Positions 38,481 to 47,436 of a DNA stretch of 64,000 nucleotides are shown in pieces. Position 1 is the stretch's first letter; every line of letters starts with the position of its first letter. The notes beneath the pieces are model-generated. The model worked only from the letters and a program-made list of their open reading frames with translations, was not told the origin of the DNA and did not search any database. Location of the stretch: NCBI GenBank assembly GCA_944393375.1, contig CALXZX010000006.1:1366-65365 (forward strand). Direction: 5' to 3'. The stretch is from an uncultured Clostridia bacterium (lineage in GTDB: Bacteria > Bacillota > Clostridia > TANB77 > CAG-508). A program made the position numbers and the translations under genes.

Positions 38481-38672
38481 ATGGAAAAAATAAAACTGAT
38501 AGCAGTAGCAGCTATAACTGTGGTCATTGTGATTGCTATGATATTCTTAAATGGTAGGCCTCTGCCTATCATAGGAATATTGGTAGTTCTGGCAGGATCT
38601 TTCCTGATTGGAAAGATCGGGGCCTCACGGTCCCAGCGCCACCACAAAGACGAAGAAGATGAAACACCTTAA
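38481..38672 (+). CDS. Small two-TM membrane protein (63 aa), unknown function, compositionally foreign
   Basis: GGAAAGGAAAAAG RBS region. Codons CTG x4, GTG, GTC, CGG, CGC, GGG, GCC and CAC are atypical for this window. Two hydrophobic helices, then SRSQRHHKDEEDETP. Confidence 0.6.
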   Translation: MEKIKLIAVAAITVVIVIAMIFLNGRPLPIIGILVVLAGSFLIGKIGASRSQRHHKDEEDETP

Positions 38673-38705
38673 CGGGGTGTTTCATCTTCTTTTTCTCTCT
38701 TTTTT
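38653..38705. terminator. Bidirectional terminator shared by the 63-aa ORF (+) and pgsA (-)
   Basis: 16-bp perfect stem AAGAAGATGAAACACC (38653-38668) / GGTGTTTCATCTTCTT (38676-38691), T-rich on the + side. Both stop codons lie inside the hairpin. Confidence 0.75.
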
Positions 38706-39275
38706 ATCAATGGTAACTTCTTTATTTAAATCCTCTTTATCAATAAATCCTTTTTTATAAACATCTTTAATATACATAAGCAAAGAAAATACTGTAGCAA
38801 ATAAAGCTAAATAGAATAACCATAAATCCAAATTAGACCAAATGGATTCTAAATTAAATTGATTAATTAATAATGAAAATACAATGGCAAGGTAGAAAAG
38901 GACAGTTGCTAACTTTCCATACCATTTGCTATATACCACAACATCTTTACCATAAAGGAAAGAAGCGCCTGCAATCATAATCAATTCTTTTAGCAATACA
39001 ATTGCTAATATCCAAATAGGAATAATATGGATTAAGGTTAAAGAGGCAATTGTTGAAATTTGTGTTAATTTATCTGCCAAAGGGTCCATTAATTTTCCAA
39101 AGTTAGATATTAAATTGAATTTTCTTGCAATAAAACCATCAGCAATATCTGTAATTCCAGACACTGTGAAAAATATGAAAGCTAAAATATAATTTCCATT
39201 AAAAATGTTTACTACAATAAATGGTATTAATAAAAATCGAATAATTGTTAGTGCGTTTGGTACATGTTTTAACAT
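38682..39275 (-). CDS. pgsA: CDP-diacylglycerol-glycerol-3-phosphate 3-phosphatidyltransferase
   Basis: CDP-alcohol phosphatidyltransferase motif DGFIARKFNLISNFGKLMDPLADKL; 4-5 TM helices. Confidence 0.85.
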   Translation of the reverse strand: MLKHVPNALTIIRFLLIPFIVVNIFNGNYILAFIFFTVSGITDIADGFIARKFNLISNFGKLMDPLADKLTQISTIASLTLIHIIPIWILAIVLLKELIMIAGASFLYGKDVVVYSKWYGKLATVLFYLAIVFSLLINQFNLESIWSNLDLWLFYLALFATVFSLLMYIKDVYKKGFIDKEDLNKEVTIDKKERKRR

Positions 39276-39284
39276 AAAAATCTC

Positions 39285-41645
39285 CTATTTTACTTCAAAT
39301 TTTAAATTTCCATCTACAAAATCAATATTGACAGTTTGTCCATCTAATAATTGTTGTCTTAGAATCATCTCAGATAATTCATCTTCAACATATCTTTGGA
39401 TAGCCCTTCTTAATGGTCTAGCACCAAATTTAATGTCTGTTCCTTTTTCTAAGATATAGTTTTTAGCGGCTTTTGTCATATGCATTTTAATATCTTTATC
39501 TGACAAAGCCTTAATTGTATCATTTAACATTAAATCAACAATTTTTAATAATTGTTCATTGGTTAATGGGTCAAAGGTAACAATTTCATCAACTCTATTT
39601 AAAAATTCAGGTCTAAAGACATCTTTTAGACTATCCATAATTTTATCTTTATTTACCATAGAATTTCCAAATCCAATAGAATTATTGTTTAAGTTAGAAC
39701 CAGCATTAGATGTCATAATAATAATGGTATTTGAAAAACTAACAGAATTTCCTTGACTATCTGTTAAGATTCCATCATCCAATACTTGTAATAAAATATT
39801 AAATACATCTGGATGTGCTTTTTCAATTTCATCCAATAAGATGATAGAATATGGTTTTCTTTTTACTTTATCAGTTAATTGCCCAGCATCATCATAACCA
39901 ACATATCCTGGAGGTGCACCAATTAATTTAGAAGTAGAGTGACTTTCCATATATTCTGACATGTCAATTCTAATAATAGAATCTTCAGATCCAAACATTT
40001 CATAAGCTAAACTTTTAGCAAGTTCCGTTTTACCAACACCAGTAGGACCAACAAAGATAAATGAAGGTGGCCTTTTGGTTGATTTTAATCCTGCTCTATT
40101 TCTACGAATGGCTCTAGATACAGCACTTACAGCTTCATCTTGACCAATAATTCTCTTATGAAGATTGGTTTCTAAATTTAATAATTTTTGTGTTTCTGCT
40201 TCTGTAATTTTTTGTACAGGTATTTTTGTCCAACTTTCAATAACATTTGCAATATCTTGAACTGTTAATTGTCTAGGCTTCATAGTTTCGTTTAGTTTAT
40301 CAATTTGTTCAATTAATTGACATTCATGTGTTTTTAAATCAGCTGCTTTTTGATAATCTTCTGTAGAATCAGCAGCAATGACTTCTTCTTTTTCTGCTTG
40401 GACTTGTTCTAATTCTTGTTTTAATTTTTCTAAAGTAAATAATTCTTTATTCTCTAAATTAATTCTTGAACAAGCTTCGTCTAAAATATCAATCGCTTTA
40501 TCAGGTAAAAATCTATCATGAATATATTTTTCAGACATGATAACTGCTTGTTTAATAACATCTAAAGAGATTTTTACTTTGTGATATTCTTCATAATATT
40601 TTTTGATACCTTCCAAAATACCAATAGAATCATCAATATTTGGTTCTTCAACTAAGACTTGTTGGAATCTTCTTTCTAAAGCAGAATCCTTTTCAATATA
40701 TTTTCTATATTCTTTTAAAGTAGTGGTACCAATTAATTGGATTTCACCATTTGAAAGGGCAGGTTTTAATATATTAGCAGCATTCATAGAATGTTCACCA
40801 TCACCAGCACCAATGATATTATGGATTTCATCAATCACTAGAATGATGTTTCCATATTCTTTACATTCATCAATGATTCCTTTCATTCTAGACTCGAATT
40901 GTCCTCTAAATTGTGTTCCTGCAATAACAGCTGTCATATCTAAAAGATAGACCTCTTTATTTAATAATTTTGCAGGTACATTTTGATTGGCAATTCGAAT
41001 AGCTAACCCTTGAGCAATAGCTGTTTTACCAACACCTGGTTCACCAATTAAGCAAGGATTATTTTTTGAACGTCTATTTAAAATTTGAATAATTCTTTTA
41101 ATTTCATTATCTCTACCGATAACAATATCTAGTTCATTATTTTTTGCTTTTGCAGTTAGATTAGTACCATAAGTATCTAAGAATTTTTTCTTCTTATTTT
41201 GTTTGGTATTTTTCTTTTTTTCTACTTTTACTTTTTTTCTACCATTATTTAATTCTTGTTCATTATTATTGTTATTATTTGAATTTCCAAACATATTAGA
41301 AAATAATGAACTTAAAGGAATAGCTGCACCAGAAACTTTACCAGTACCATCTCCATTGTCATCACCATTGTTTTCAAAGGTGATAGCACCATCAATATTT
41401 TCAATATCTTCTAAATTAATATTTTCAGCTAAATCTTTAAAAATGGTCTCAAATTGTTTGGTCATATCATTTAAATTTACATTATCTTTACATAAAATTT
41501 CATTTTGTCTATATAATACTTCATTAGGGTTAATGCCTTTTGCTTTTGCACAATCATAACAATACCCTTCTAAAGATTCTTTACCATTTTCTATTTTTTT
41601 ATAAAAAAGTATAGCTGGGTTTTTATTACATTCTGAACATAACAT
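39285..41645 (-). CDS. Clp/Hsp100-family AAA+ ATPase (ClpC-like) with N-terminal CxxC...CxxC zinc ribbon instead of Clp_N repeats
   Basis: Two AAA+ modules (GEPGVGKTA...DEIH; GPTGVGKTE...LLDEIEKAH) and an N-terminus CSECNKNP...GYCYDCA followed by a poly-Asn/Lys linker. Confidence 0.8.
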   Translation of the reverse strand: MLCSECNKNPAILFYKKIENGKESLEGYCYDCAKAKGINPNEVLYRQNEILCKDNVNLNDMTKQFETIFKDLAENINLEDIENIDGAITFENNGDDNGDGTGKVSGAAIPLSSLFSNMFGNSNNNNNNEQELNNGRKKVKVEKKKNTKQNKKKKFLDTYGTNLTAKAKNNELDIVIGRDNEIKRIIQILNRRSKNNPCLIGEPGVGKTAIAQGLAIRIANQNVPAKLLNKEVYLLDMTAVIAGTQFRGQFESRMKGIIDECKEYGNIILVIDEIHNIIGAGDGEHSMNAANILKPALSNGEIQLIGTTTLKEYRKYIEKDSALERRFQQVLVEEPNIDDSIGILEGIKKYYEEYHKVKISLDVIKQAVIMSEKYIHDRFLPDKAIDILDEACSRINLENKELFTLEKLKQELEQVQAEKEEVIAADSTEDYQKAADLKTHECQLIEQIDKLNETMKPRQLTVQDIANVIESWTKIPVQKITEAETQKLLNLETNLHKRIIGQDEAVSAVSRAIRRNRAGLKSTKRPPSFIFVGPTGVGKTELAKSLAYEMFGSEDSIIRIDMSEYMESHSTSKLIGAPPGYVGYDDAGQLTDKVKRKPYSIILLDEIEKAHPDVFNILLQVLDDGILTDSQGNSVSFSNTIIIMTSNAGSNLNNNSIGFGNSMVNKDKIMDSLKDVFRPEFLNRVDEIVTFDPLTNEQLLKIVDLMLNDTIKALSDKDIKMHMTKAAKNYILEKGTDIKFGARPLRRAIQRYVEDELSEMILRQQLLDGQTVNIDFVDGNLKFEVK

Positions 41646-41794
41646 ACTTTAAACTCCTCATTTCTATATAAATATACAATATATATCATACCCCAAAATC
41701 CATGATTAGTCAACAAATTTGAGAACATTTGTATTGAAATATTTACAAAAAAATGGTATAATAATGTGAAAAATATATGACAAGGAGCGTGAGT

Positions 41795-42658
41795 ATGAAG
41801 GTAGTATTACCCAAAAAACAGAAATTGAATACAAAAGCAATTGTTATTTATACAATTTCAGTAATAACTTGCATTATTGCAATTATTATAGCAGGTTTGT
41901 CAGTTTATTATGGAAGTAATGAATTAGATAGATTAATAACAATTGGTGGTTCTAGTCTGACACAAGCAGATGTGGATTATGAAACGTTAGTGTCAAATTT
42001 TGATAACATATTTCAAAATCAATTAGAAGATTATAATATAGAGATTAATGTAAAAAAGATAAATCAAAATCAAGATTTGGTATATACATATTATACAAAA
42101 GAGGAAAATAAGGAGAATAGTTATGATTTAAATTTGAATATTCCATATATTAATATTGATAATGAGATAATAAACAAATATAATCAGGAAATTAAGCAAA
42201 CTTATGAAGAAAAAGCACAAAATACATTACAAACAGAAAATGAAAATATCGTGTATAGTGTACAATATGAAGCAACAATAGAAAACAATATATTATCTTT
42301 AATTATCAGAGCAAATTTAAAACAGGCGTCTAGTGCACAAAGATTAATTATTCAAACATATAATTATGATTTAAAAAATAACAAAGAAGTTTCGTTAGAA
42401 GATGTCATAAATAGTAAGCAACTAACTGTTGAAGATGTGGAAAAGAAAATAAAAGAAAAAATAACAACAGAGCAACAAAAAGTTCAAGACTTAAATTCTT
42501 TAGGATATAGCGTTTTTGAAAGAAATTCAGAGGATGAAATGTATAAAGTAGAAAATTCGAAAGAGTTTTTTATAAAAGATGGAGATATTTATATTATATA
42601 TGCATATGGAAATGAAAATTTAACGAGTGAAATGGATTTAGTTATTGTCCCAAATTAA
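41795..42658 (+). CDS. Membrane-anchored protein, DUF3298/DUF4163 (RsiV-type)-like
   Basis: An AAGGAG RBS precedes the ATG at 41795. One TM. The pattern IVYSVQYEATIENNILSLIIRAN...TYNYDLKNNKEVSLEDVI...FFIKDGDIYIIYAYG resembles that family. Confidence 0.4.
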   Translation: MKVVLPKKQKLNTKAIVIYTISVITCIIAIIIAGLSVYYGSNELDRLITIGGSSLTQADVDYETLVSNFDNIFQNQLEDYNIEINVKKINQNQDLVYTYYTKEENKENSYDLNLNIPYINIDNEIINKYNQEIKQTYEEKAQNTLQTENENIVYSVQYEATIENNILSLIIRANLKQASSAQRLIIQTYNYDLKNNKEVSLEDVINSKQLTVEDVEKKIKEKITTEQQKVQDLNSLGYSVFERNSEDEMYKVENSKEFFIKDGDIYIIYAYGNENLTSEMDLVIVPN

Positions 42659-42663
42659 AAAAA

Positions 42664-42692
42664 AGAGAGAAGCTTTGAAGCTTCTCTTTTTG
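42664..42692. terminator. Bidirectional hairpin between convergent genes
   Basis: AGAGAGAAGC / GCTTCTCTTT stem flanked by A-run and T-run. Confidence 0.7.
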
Positions 42693-42811
42693 AAAATAAA
42701 AGGGGATGTTTTTTTATTTCAATCAGTAAGATATTACTGATTATGTTTGTATTATAATTTACAAATTTGTCCATTGTGTGAACTAAAAGTGAAGAATGCA
42801 TAAATTATCTT

Positions 42812-44080
42812 TTATGGTTGTTCTCCTAATGTTATAGTTAATTCTTTTTCCTGTCCATCTCTATTAACTGTAATTGTCATTTCATCACCTATACTATGTG
42901 AATTTTTAATTTCATTTAATTCATCCATAGTTTTAACATCTGTTCCATCAGCTTTAATAATAACGTCACCTATTTTTACGCCACCTTTTTCAGCTGCAGA
43001 AAATGTTTCAACATCTTTAACGTAAATACCTTCTACTAAATTATTTGCTTTTGCTGTTTCGGCATCTAAATCCATTCCTGTAATACCAATATAAGGTCTT
43101 TTAACTTTACTATATTGAATCAATTGAGAAGTGATATCTGTAGTAGAATTGATTGGAATAGCAAATCCCATACCTTCTACATCATTACCTGTCAATTTTA
43201 AAGTATTTACACCAATTACTTTTCCTTCACTATTTACTAAAGCACCACCACTATTACCAGCATTAATAGCTGCATCTGTTTGAATTAAAGTATATTTCTT
43301 ACCATCTGTATCAGTAACTTCTCTATTGACAGCACTAACAACACCACAAGTAATTGTACTTTGTAAGCCTAAAGGACTACCAACAGCCATAGCAAATTCT
43401 CCTACTTTAATAGAATCTGAATCAGCAAATTCTGCTTTTGTTAAACCAGTGGCATCAATTTTTATAACAGCTAAATCTGTTTCTTCATCAGTACCAACGA
43501 TTGTTGCATCATATTGTGTATCATCATTAAATAAAGTAACGGTAATTTTGGTTGCTTCTGATACTTGATAATATGCTTCAGCCTCACTAGAAGAAACAAC
43601 GTGGTTGTTTGTTAAAATATATCCATCATCACTAATAATAATACCTGAACCTGTTGCAGTAGCAGTAGATGTTTGGTTTCCTCCAAAAATAGAAAACATA
43701 GATGTTACATTATATTCAATTTGTATACCAACAATAGATGGTAAAATTTTATTAGCTGCATATACAGCAGTATCAGAATAATTAGATAAAGAAACTTGAT
43801 CAACATATCCTGTTGTTTGTGCACTAGAAGAACTATTAGAAGAATTAGAATTTTTACTTCCCATAATTTGTTCTCTAATTGATGGAACACCAAAACAGGT
43901 ACCTAACACAACGGCACAACCGACAACTCCACTAAAAAATGGTAAGACAACATTTCTTCCAAAATTTGATTTCTTTTTAGGTTTATTATCCATTTCATAA
44001 ACAGCCTTATAATTGCCTGGATTTGAAACAGTTTTAAATTTTGAATTGTTTGTTTCGTTTTCTTGATTATTATTTTCCAT
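42812..44080 (-). CDS. htrA: HtrA/DegP-family serine protease with PDZ domain
   Basis: N-terminal TM, catalytic TNNHVV / DLAVIK / GNSGGALVN triad motifs, C-terminal PDZ. Confidence 0.85.
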   Translation of the reverse strand: MENNNQENETNNSKFKTVSNPGNYKAVYEMDNKPKKKSNFGRNVVLPFFSGVVGCAVVLGTCFGVPSIREQIMGSKNSNSSNSSSSAQTTGYVDQVSLSNYSDTAVYAANKILPSIVGIQIEYNVTSMFSIFGGNQTSTATATGSGIIISDDGYILTNNHVVSSSEAEAYYQVSEATKITVTLFNDDTQYDATIVGTDEETDLAVIKIDATGLTKAEFADSDSIKVGEFAMAVGSPLGLQSTITCGVVSAVNREVTDTDGKKYTLIQTDAAINAGNSGGALVNSEGKVIGVNTLKLTGNDVEGMGFAIPINSTTDITSQLIQYSKVKRPYIGITGMDLDAETAKANNLVEGIYVKDVETFSAAEKGGVKIGDVIIKADGTDVKTMDELNEIKNSHSIGDEMTITVNRDGQEKELTITLGEQP

Positions 44081-44387
44081 ATATATTACCTCCTAATTAT
44101 ATATATATTAACCTATTTAAGACATATAATACAATATATTTGTGAATTTTATGTGAAGAAAATAGGATTTTTTATGGCTATTTTTACATAATTCTATTAT
44201 ATAAAATTGATGCAAAATAAAAAAGATTTTCGATTAAATTTTATTGAAAAAAATGAGATAAAAAGATATAATAGAAGAAATGTAATCTTATTGTACATAA
44301 AAAAACTTTATAAAGGTTAATATAAAAGTAGATTTTTATACAATAATATAGTAATAAACAATTTAGTTATAATAGGAGATTGATGAA

Positions 44388-44918
44388 ATGAGAAAAAATG
44401 AAAAAGGTATCACAATAGTTGTATTAACAATAACCATAATTTTATTACTAATTTTAGCAGGAATAACGGTATATACAGGAAAAGATTCTATACAAAAAGC
44501 AAATTTGGAAGGATTGAAAACCAATATGTTATTAATCCAAACAAAGGCAAAAGAATATGTTGAAAATGCAAGTTTTGAATTAGGAATAGACCCACAAAAT
44601 GCAACTAACGAGATGAAAGCAAATGCACAAAATGAATTAACAGGAGAAAACAAAGGAACTTTGGTTACTTCTGGTGACAGCATTATAGATGATTTATTAG
44701 ATATGGGAATTCGTCAAGAGGATATAGACAATGGGAGAGTATGTAAATTAACAACAGAAAATTTAAAAAATATGGGAATTAATGATGTGGAGTCAAATGA
44801 TACAGAAGGATGGTATGTTATTGTATACAATATTGATGATACAACAGCAGAAATTTATCATACAATAGGATATCAAGGAAAACATTCACTAACAGAAATT
44901 GAACAAATAGAACTATAA
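44388..44918 (+). CDS. Pilin/pseudopilin-like protein (N-terminal KG/ITIV hydrophobic helix), isolated
   Basis: MRKNEKGITIVVLTITIILLLILAGITVYTG resembles a class III signal peptide but has Val, not Glu, at +5. No other pilus genes are nearby. Confidence 0.4.
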   Translation: MRKNEKGITIVVLTITIILLLILAGITVYTGKDSIQKANLEGLKTNMLLIQTKAKEYVENASFELGIDPQNATNEMKANAQNELTGENKGTLVTSGDSIIDDLLDMGIRQEDIDNGRVCKLTTENLKNMGINDVESNDTEGWYVIVYNIDDTTAEIYHTIGYQGKHSLTEIEQIEL

Positions 44919-44973
44919 AATTAAGTACTAAGAAATTATACAATAAAATACAATTATATATGTATTAAAGAGG

Positions 44974-45609
44974 GTGGAAACAATAAAGGAAAAAGAGTTA
45001 GAAAGATTAACCAATTTAAAAAGTATGGAAAAAGAACTTTATGACAAAGGATTTGAATATATTTGTGGAATAGATGAAGCAGGAAGAGGACCATTAGCTG
45101 GTCCTGTTGTTGTTGCAGGGGTTATTATGCCAAAAGATTCTATGATAGAAGGTGTAAATGATTCTAAAAAAGTGTCAGAAAAGAAAAGAGAAAAGTTATA
45201 TGATGTGATTTTAGAAGAAGCCATTAGCTATTCAGTTGCCATTATTGGACAAGATGTGATAGATGAAATTAATATCTTAAATGCAACAAAACAAGGAGTT
45301 ACAAAAGTAGTAGAAGAATTAGATGTAAAACCAAATTTAATATTAGTAGATGCTTTAACACATATTAATACTAAAGGAATACCTTATGATTCTATCATTA
45401 AAGGAGATGCTAAATGTTATAACATAGCTGCTGCATCAATCATTGCAAAAGTAACAAGGGATAGAATTATGCGTGAGTGGGACGAAATTTATCCACAATA
45501 TGGTTTTATTAATCATAAAGGATATGGAACAGCTAAACATATAGAAGCTTTAAAAGAATATGGACCATGTCCAATCCATCGAAAGACATTTATTAAAAAT
45601 TTTGTATAG
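44974..45609 (+). CDS. rnhB: Ribonuclease HII
   Basis: GTG start. CGIDEAGRGPLAGPVVVAGV and DSKK motifs. Confidence 0.9.
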   Translation: METIKEKELERLTNLKSMEKELYDKGFEYICGIDEAGRGPLAGPVVVAGVIMPKDSMIEGVNDSKKVSEKKREKLYDVILEEAISYSVAIIGQDVIDEINILNATKQGVTKVVEELDVKPNLILVDALTHINTKGIPYDSIIKGDAKCYNIAAASIIAKVTRDRIMREWDEIYPQYGFINHKGYGTAKHIEALKEYGPCPIHRKTFIKNFV

Positions 45610-45619
45610 AGGAGAATAT

Positions 45620-46924
45620 ATGAACATTTTAGAAATTATAGAAAAAAAGAGGGATAAAAAAGAATTATCAAAGGCAGAAATTGAATATTTTATTGAAGGA
45701 TATACAAATGATAAAATAGCAGATTATCAAGCTTCTGCATTGATTATGGCAATTTATTTAAATGGAATGACAAAACAAGAGACAACAGATTTAACAATTG
45801 CAATGGCCAATTCAGGAGAAAAGCTAGATTTATCAAGTTTAAATGAAGTGATAGTTGATAAACATTCAACAGGAGGTGTTGGAGATAAAGTATCCTTGAT
45901 CCTATTGCCATTAGTAGCGTCTTTAGATGTACCAGTTGCTAAGATGTCAGGGAGAGGATTAGGGTTTACAGGAGGAACTGTTGATAAATTAGAATCTATA
46001 CCAGGATATCAAACAGGTATTAATATCCACAATTTTGTACAAAATGTGGAAAAAGTAGGAATTAGTATGATATCTCAAACATTAAATTTAGCACCAGCAG
46101 ATAAAAAGATATATAGTTTAAGAGATAGCATTTCTTGCGTAGAAAGTATACCATTAATTGCTTCTAGTATTATGAGCAAAAAAATTGCAAGTGGAGCACA
46201 AAAAATTGTATTAGATGTTACTTGTGGTTCAGGTGCTTTTATGCAATCTAAAGAAAGAGCAGAAGAATTAGCAGAGGAAATGATTGAAATTGGAAGATTA
46301 GCCAATAAAGAAACAGTATGTGTACTTACAAATATGGATGAACCATTGGGATATGCAGTAGGAAATTCCTTAGAAGTTATAGAAGCCATTCAATCTTTAA
46401 AAGGTGATATGCCAGAAGATGTAAAAAAAGTGGTCTTAGAATTGGGAGCATATATGATAAAACTTGCAGGAAAAGGTGAAGATATTGAAGAAAATAAAGC
46501 AAGGTTATTGGAAAACATAGAAAATGGAAAAGGATATGAAAAATTCATACAATTAGTAGAAAATCAAGGAGGAGATGCTTCATATATTAGAGATACAAAT
46601 CAATTTCCAAAAGCAAATTATATAGAAAATGTATATAGTCAAAAAAGTGGATATATACAAAGTATGCATGCAAAAGAAATTGGAAAGATTGTCTGTAATT
46701 TAGGAGCAGGAAGAATTCGAAAAGAAGACAGTATTGATAATACAGTTGGAATTATATTAAACAAAAAGGTTTCAGATAAAGTAGAAAAAGAAGACCTATT
46801 AGTTACCATATATGCAAATTCAAAAGAAAAATTAGAAGAAGCGAAAAAAAAGCTATTAGAAGTGATAAAAATAGAAGAACAAGAGATTGAAAAACCTAAA
46901 ATGATATTAGAAATCATGAAATAA
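45620..46924 (+). CDS. pdp: Pyrimidine-nucleoside (thymidine) phosphorylase
   Basis: A GAGGAG RBS precedes the ATG at 45620. DKHSTGGVGDK and SGRGLGFTGGTVDKLE motifs. Confidence 0.9.
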   Translation: MNILEIIEKKRDKKELSKAEIEYFIEGYTNDKIADYQASALIMAIYLNGMTKQETTDLTIAMANSGEKLDLSSLNEVIVDKHSTGGVGDKVSLILLPLVASLDVPVAKMSGRGLGFTGGTVDKLESIPGYQTGINIHNFVQNVEKVGISMISQTLNLAPADKKIYSLRDSISCVESIPLIASSIMSKKIASGAQKIVLDVTCGSGAFMQSKERAEELAEEMIEIGRLANKETVCVLTNMDEPLGYAVGNSLEVIEAIQSLKGDMPEDVKKVVLELGAYMIKLAGKGEDIEENKARLLENIENGKGYEKFIQLVENQGGDASYIRDTNQFPKANYIENVYSQKSGYIQSMHAKEIGKIVCNLGAGRIRKEDSIDNTVGIILNKKVSDKVEKEDLLVTIYANSKEKLEEAKKKLLEVIKIEEQEIEKPKMILEIMK

Positions 46925-46974
46925 TATAATATATTTACGTTATATCTTTCCTAATATTTTTATGATTGGATTGA

Positions 46975-47003
46975 TTGATATATTATGTAAAATATGATAT
47001 AAT
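46975..47003 (+). promoter_or_regulatory. Sigma-A-type promoter, TTGATA-17 nt-TGaTATAAT
   Basis: -35 at 46975-46980, extended -10 at 46995-47003. Confidence 0.55.
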
Positions 47004-47057
47004 AAAATCCGTAGTCTGAAACAATGTTTTTTTTCAAGAAGAAGGGAGGCGGACATT

Positions 47058-47177
47058 TTGTCCACTAACGAGGCAAACACCATTGCTTTTCGGGTGCAGT
47101 GGTTAATCGAAGATCAGGGGTATACTTCTGATCAAGTGGAATTGATTCTTGAGTATGACGGATACTTTGAGGATTAA
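47058..47177 (+). CDS. Candidate 39-codon sORF (TTG start) in a G+C-richer island; could instead be a structured RNA
   Basis: GGGAGG lies 8 nt before the TTG. Translation is (M)STNEANTIAFRVQWLIEDQGYTSDQVELILEYDGYFED. Codons TCC/ACC/CGG/GTG/CAG/GAG/GAC are atypical here. Too short for the ORF track. Confidence 0.35.
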   Translation: MSTNEANTIAFRVQWLIEDQGYTSDQVELILEYDGYFED

Positions 47178-47181
47178 ATTC

Positions 47182-47197
47182 CCCCACTACGGTGGGG
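47182..47197 (+). other. Stable GC hairpin CCCCAC-UACG-GUGGGG (UNCG-type tetraloop), no U-tract
   Basis: Perfect 6-bp G/C-rich stem 5 nt after the sORF stop; followed by AAAAG rather than a T-run. Confidence 0.6.
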
Positions 47198-47264
47198 AAA
47201 AGTAAAGGTTAGAATTGAAAAACAAAATATTTATGATATAATATATATAATTTAGGAAAGGAAG

Positions 47265-47420
47265 ATGGAGATGAAAAAGGAAAAAAAGCAACAAGAAAAA
47301 GTAAAAAAAACAAAGAATTATGATAAAGGACAAATATTTGTAAAAGTGATGGCTGGTATTTTAGCAGCATTAATGGTACTTGCAGCGGCTTCAACACTAA
47401 TATATTCACTAATGATATAA
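47265..47420 (+). CDS. Small membrane protein (DUF4044-like), ~50 aa
   Basis: Lys-rich N-terminus MEMKKEKKQQEKVKKTKNYDKGQ, then a single TM VMAGILAALMVLAAASTLIY. Promoter TTGAAA...TGATATAAT upstream, directly 5' of cdaA. Too short for the ORF track. Confidence 0.55.
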   Translation: MEMKKEKKQQEKVKKTKNYDKGQIFVKVMAGILAALMVLAAASTLIYSLMI

Positions 47421-47436
47421 TAAAAAGAGGTAAAAT

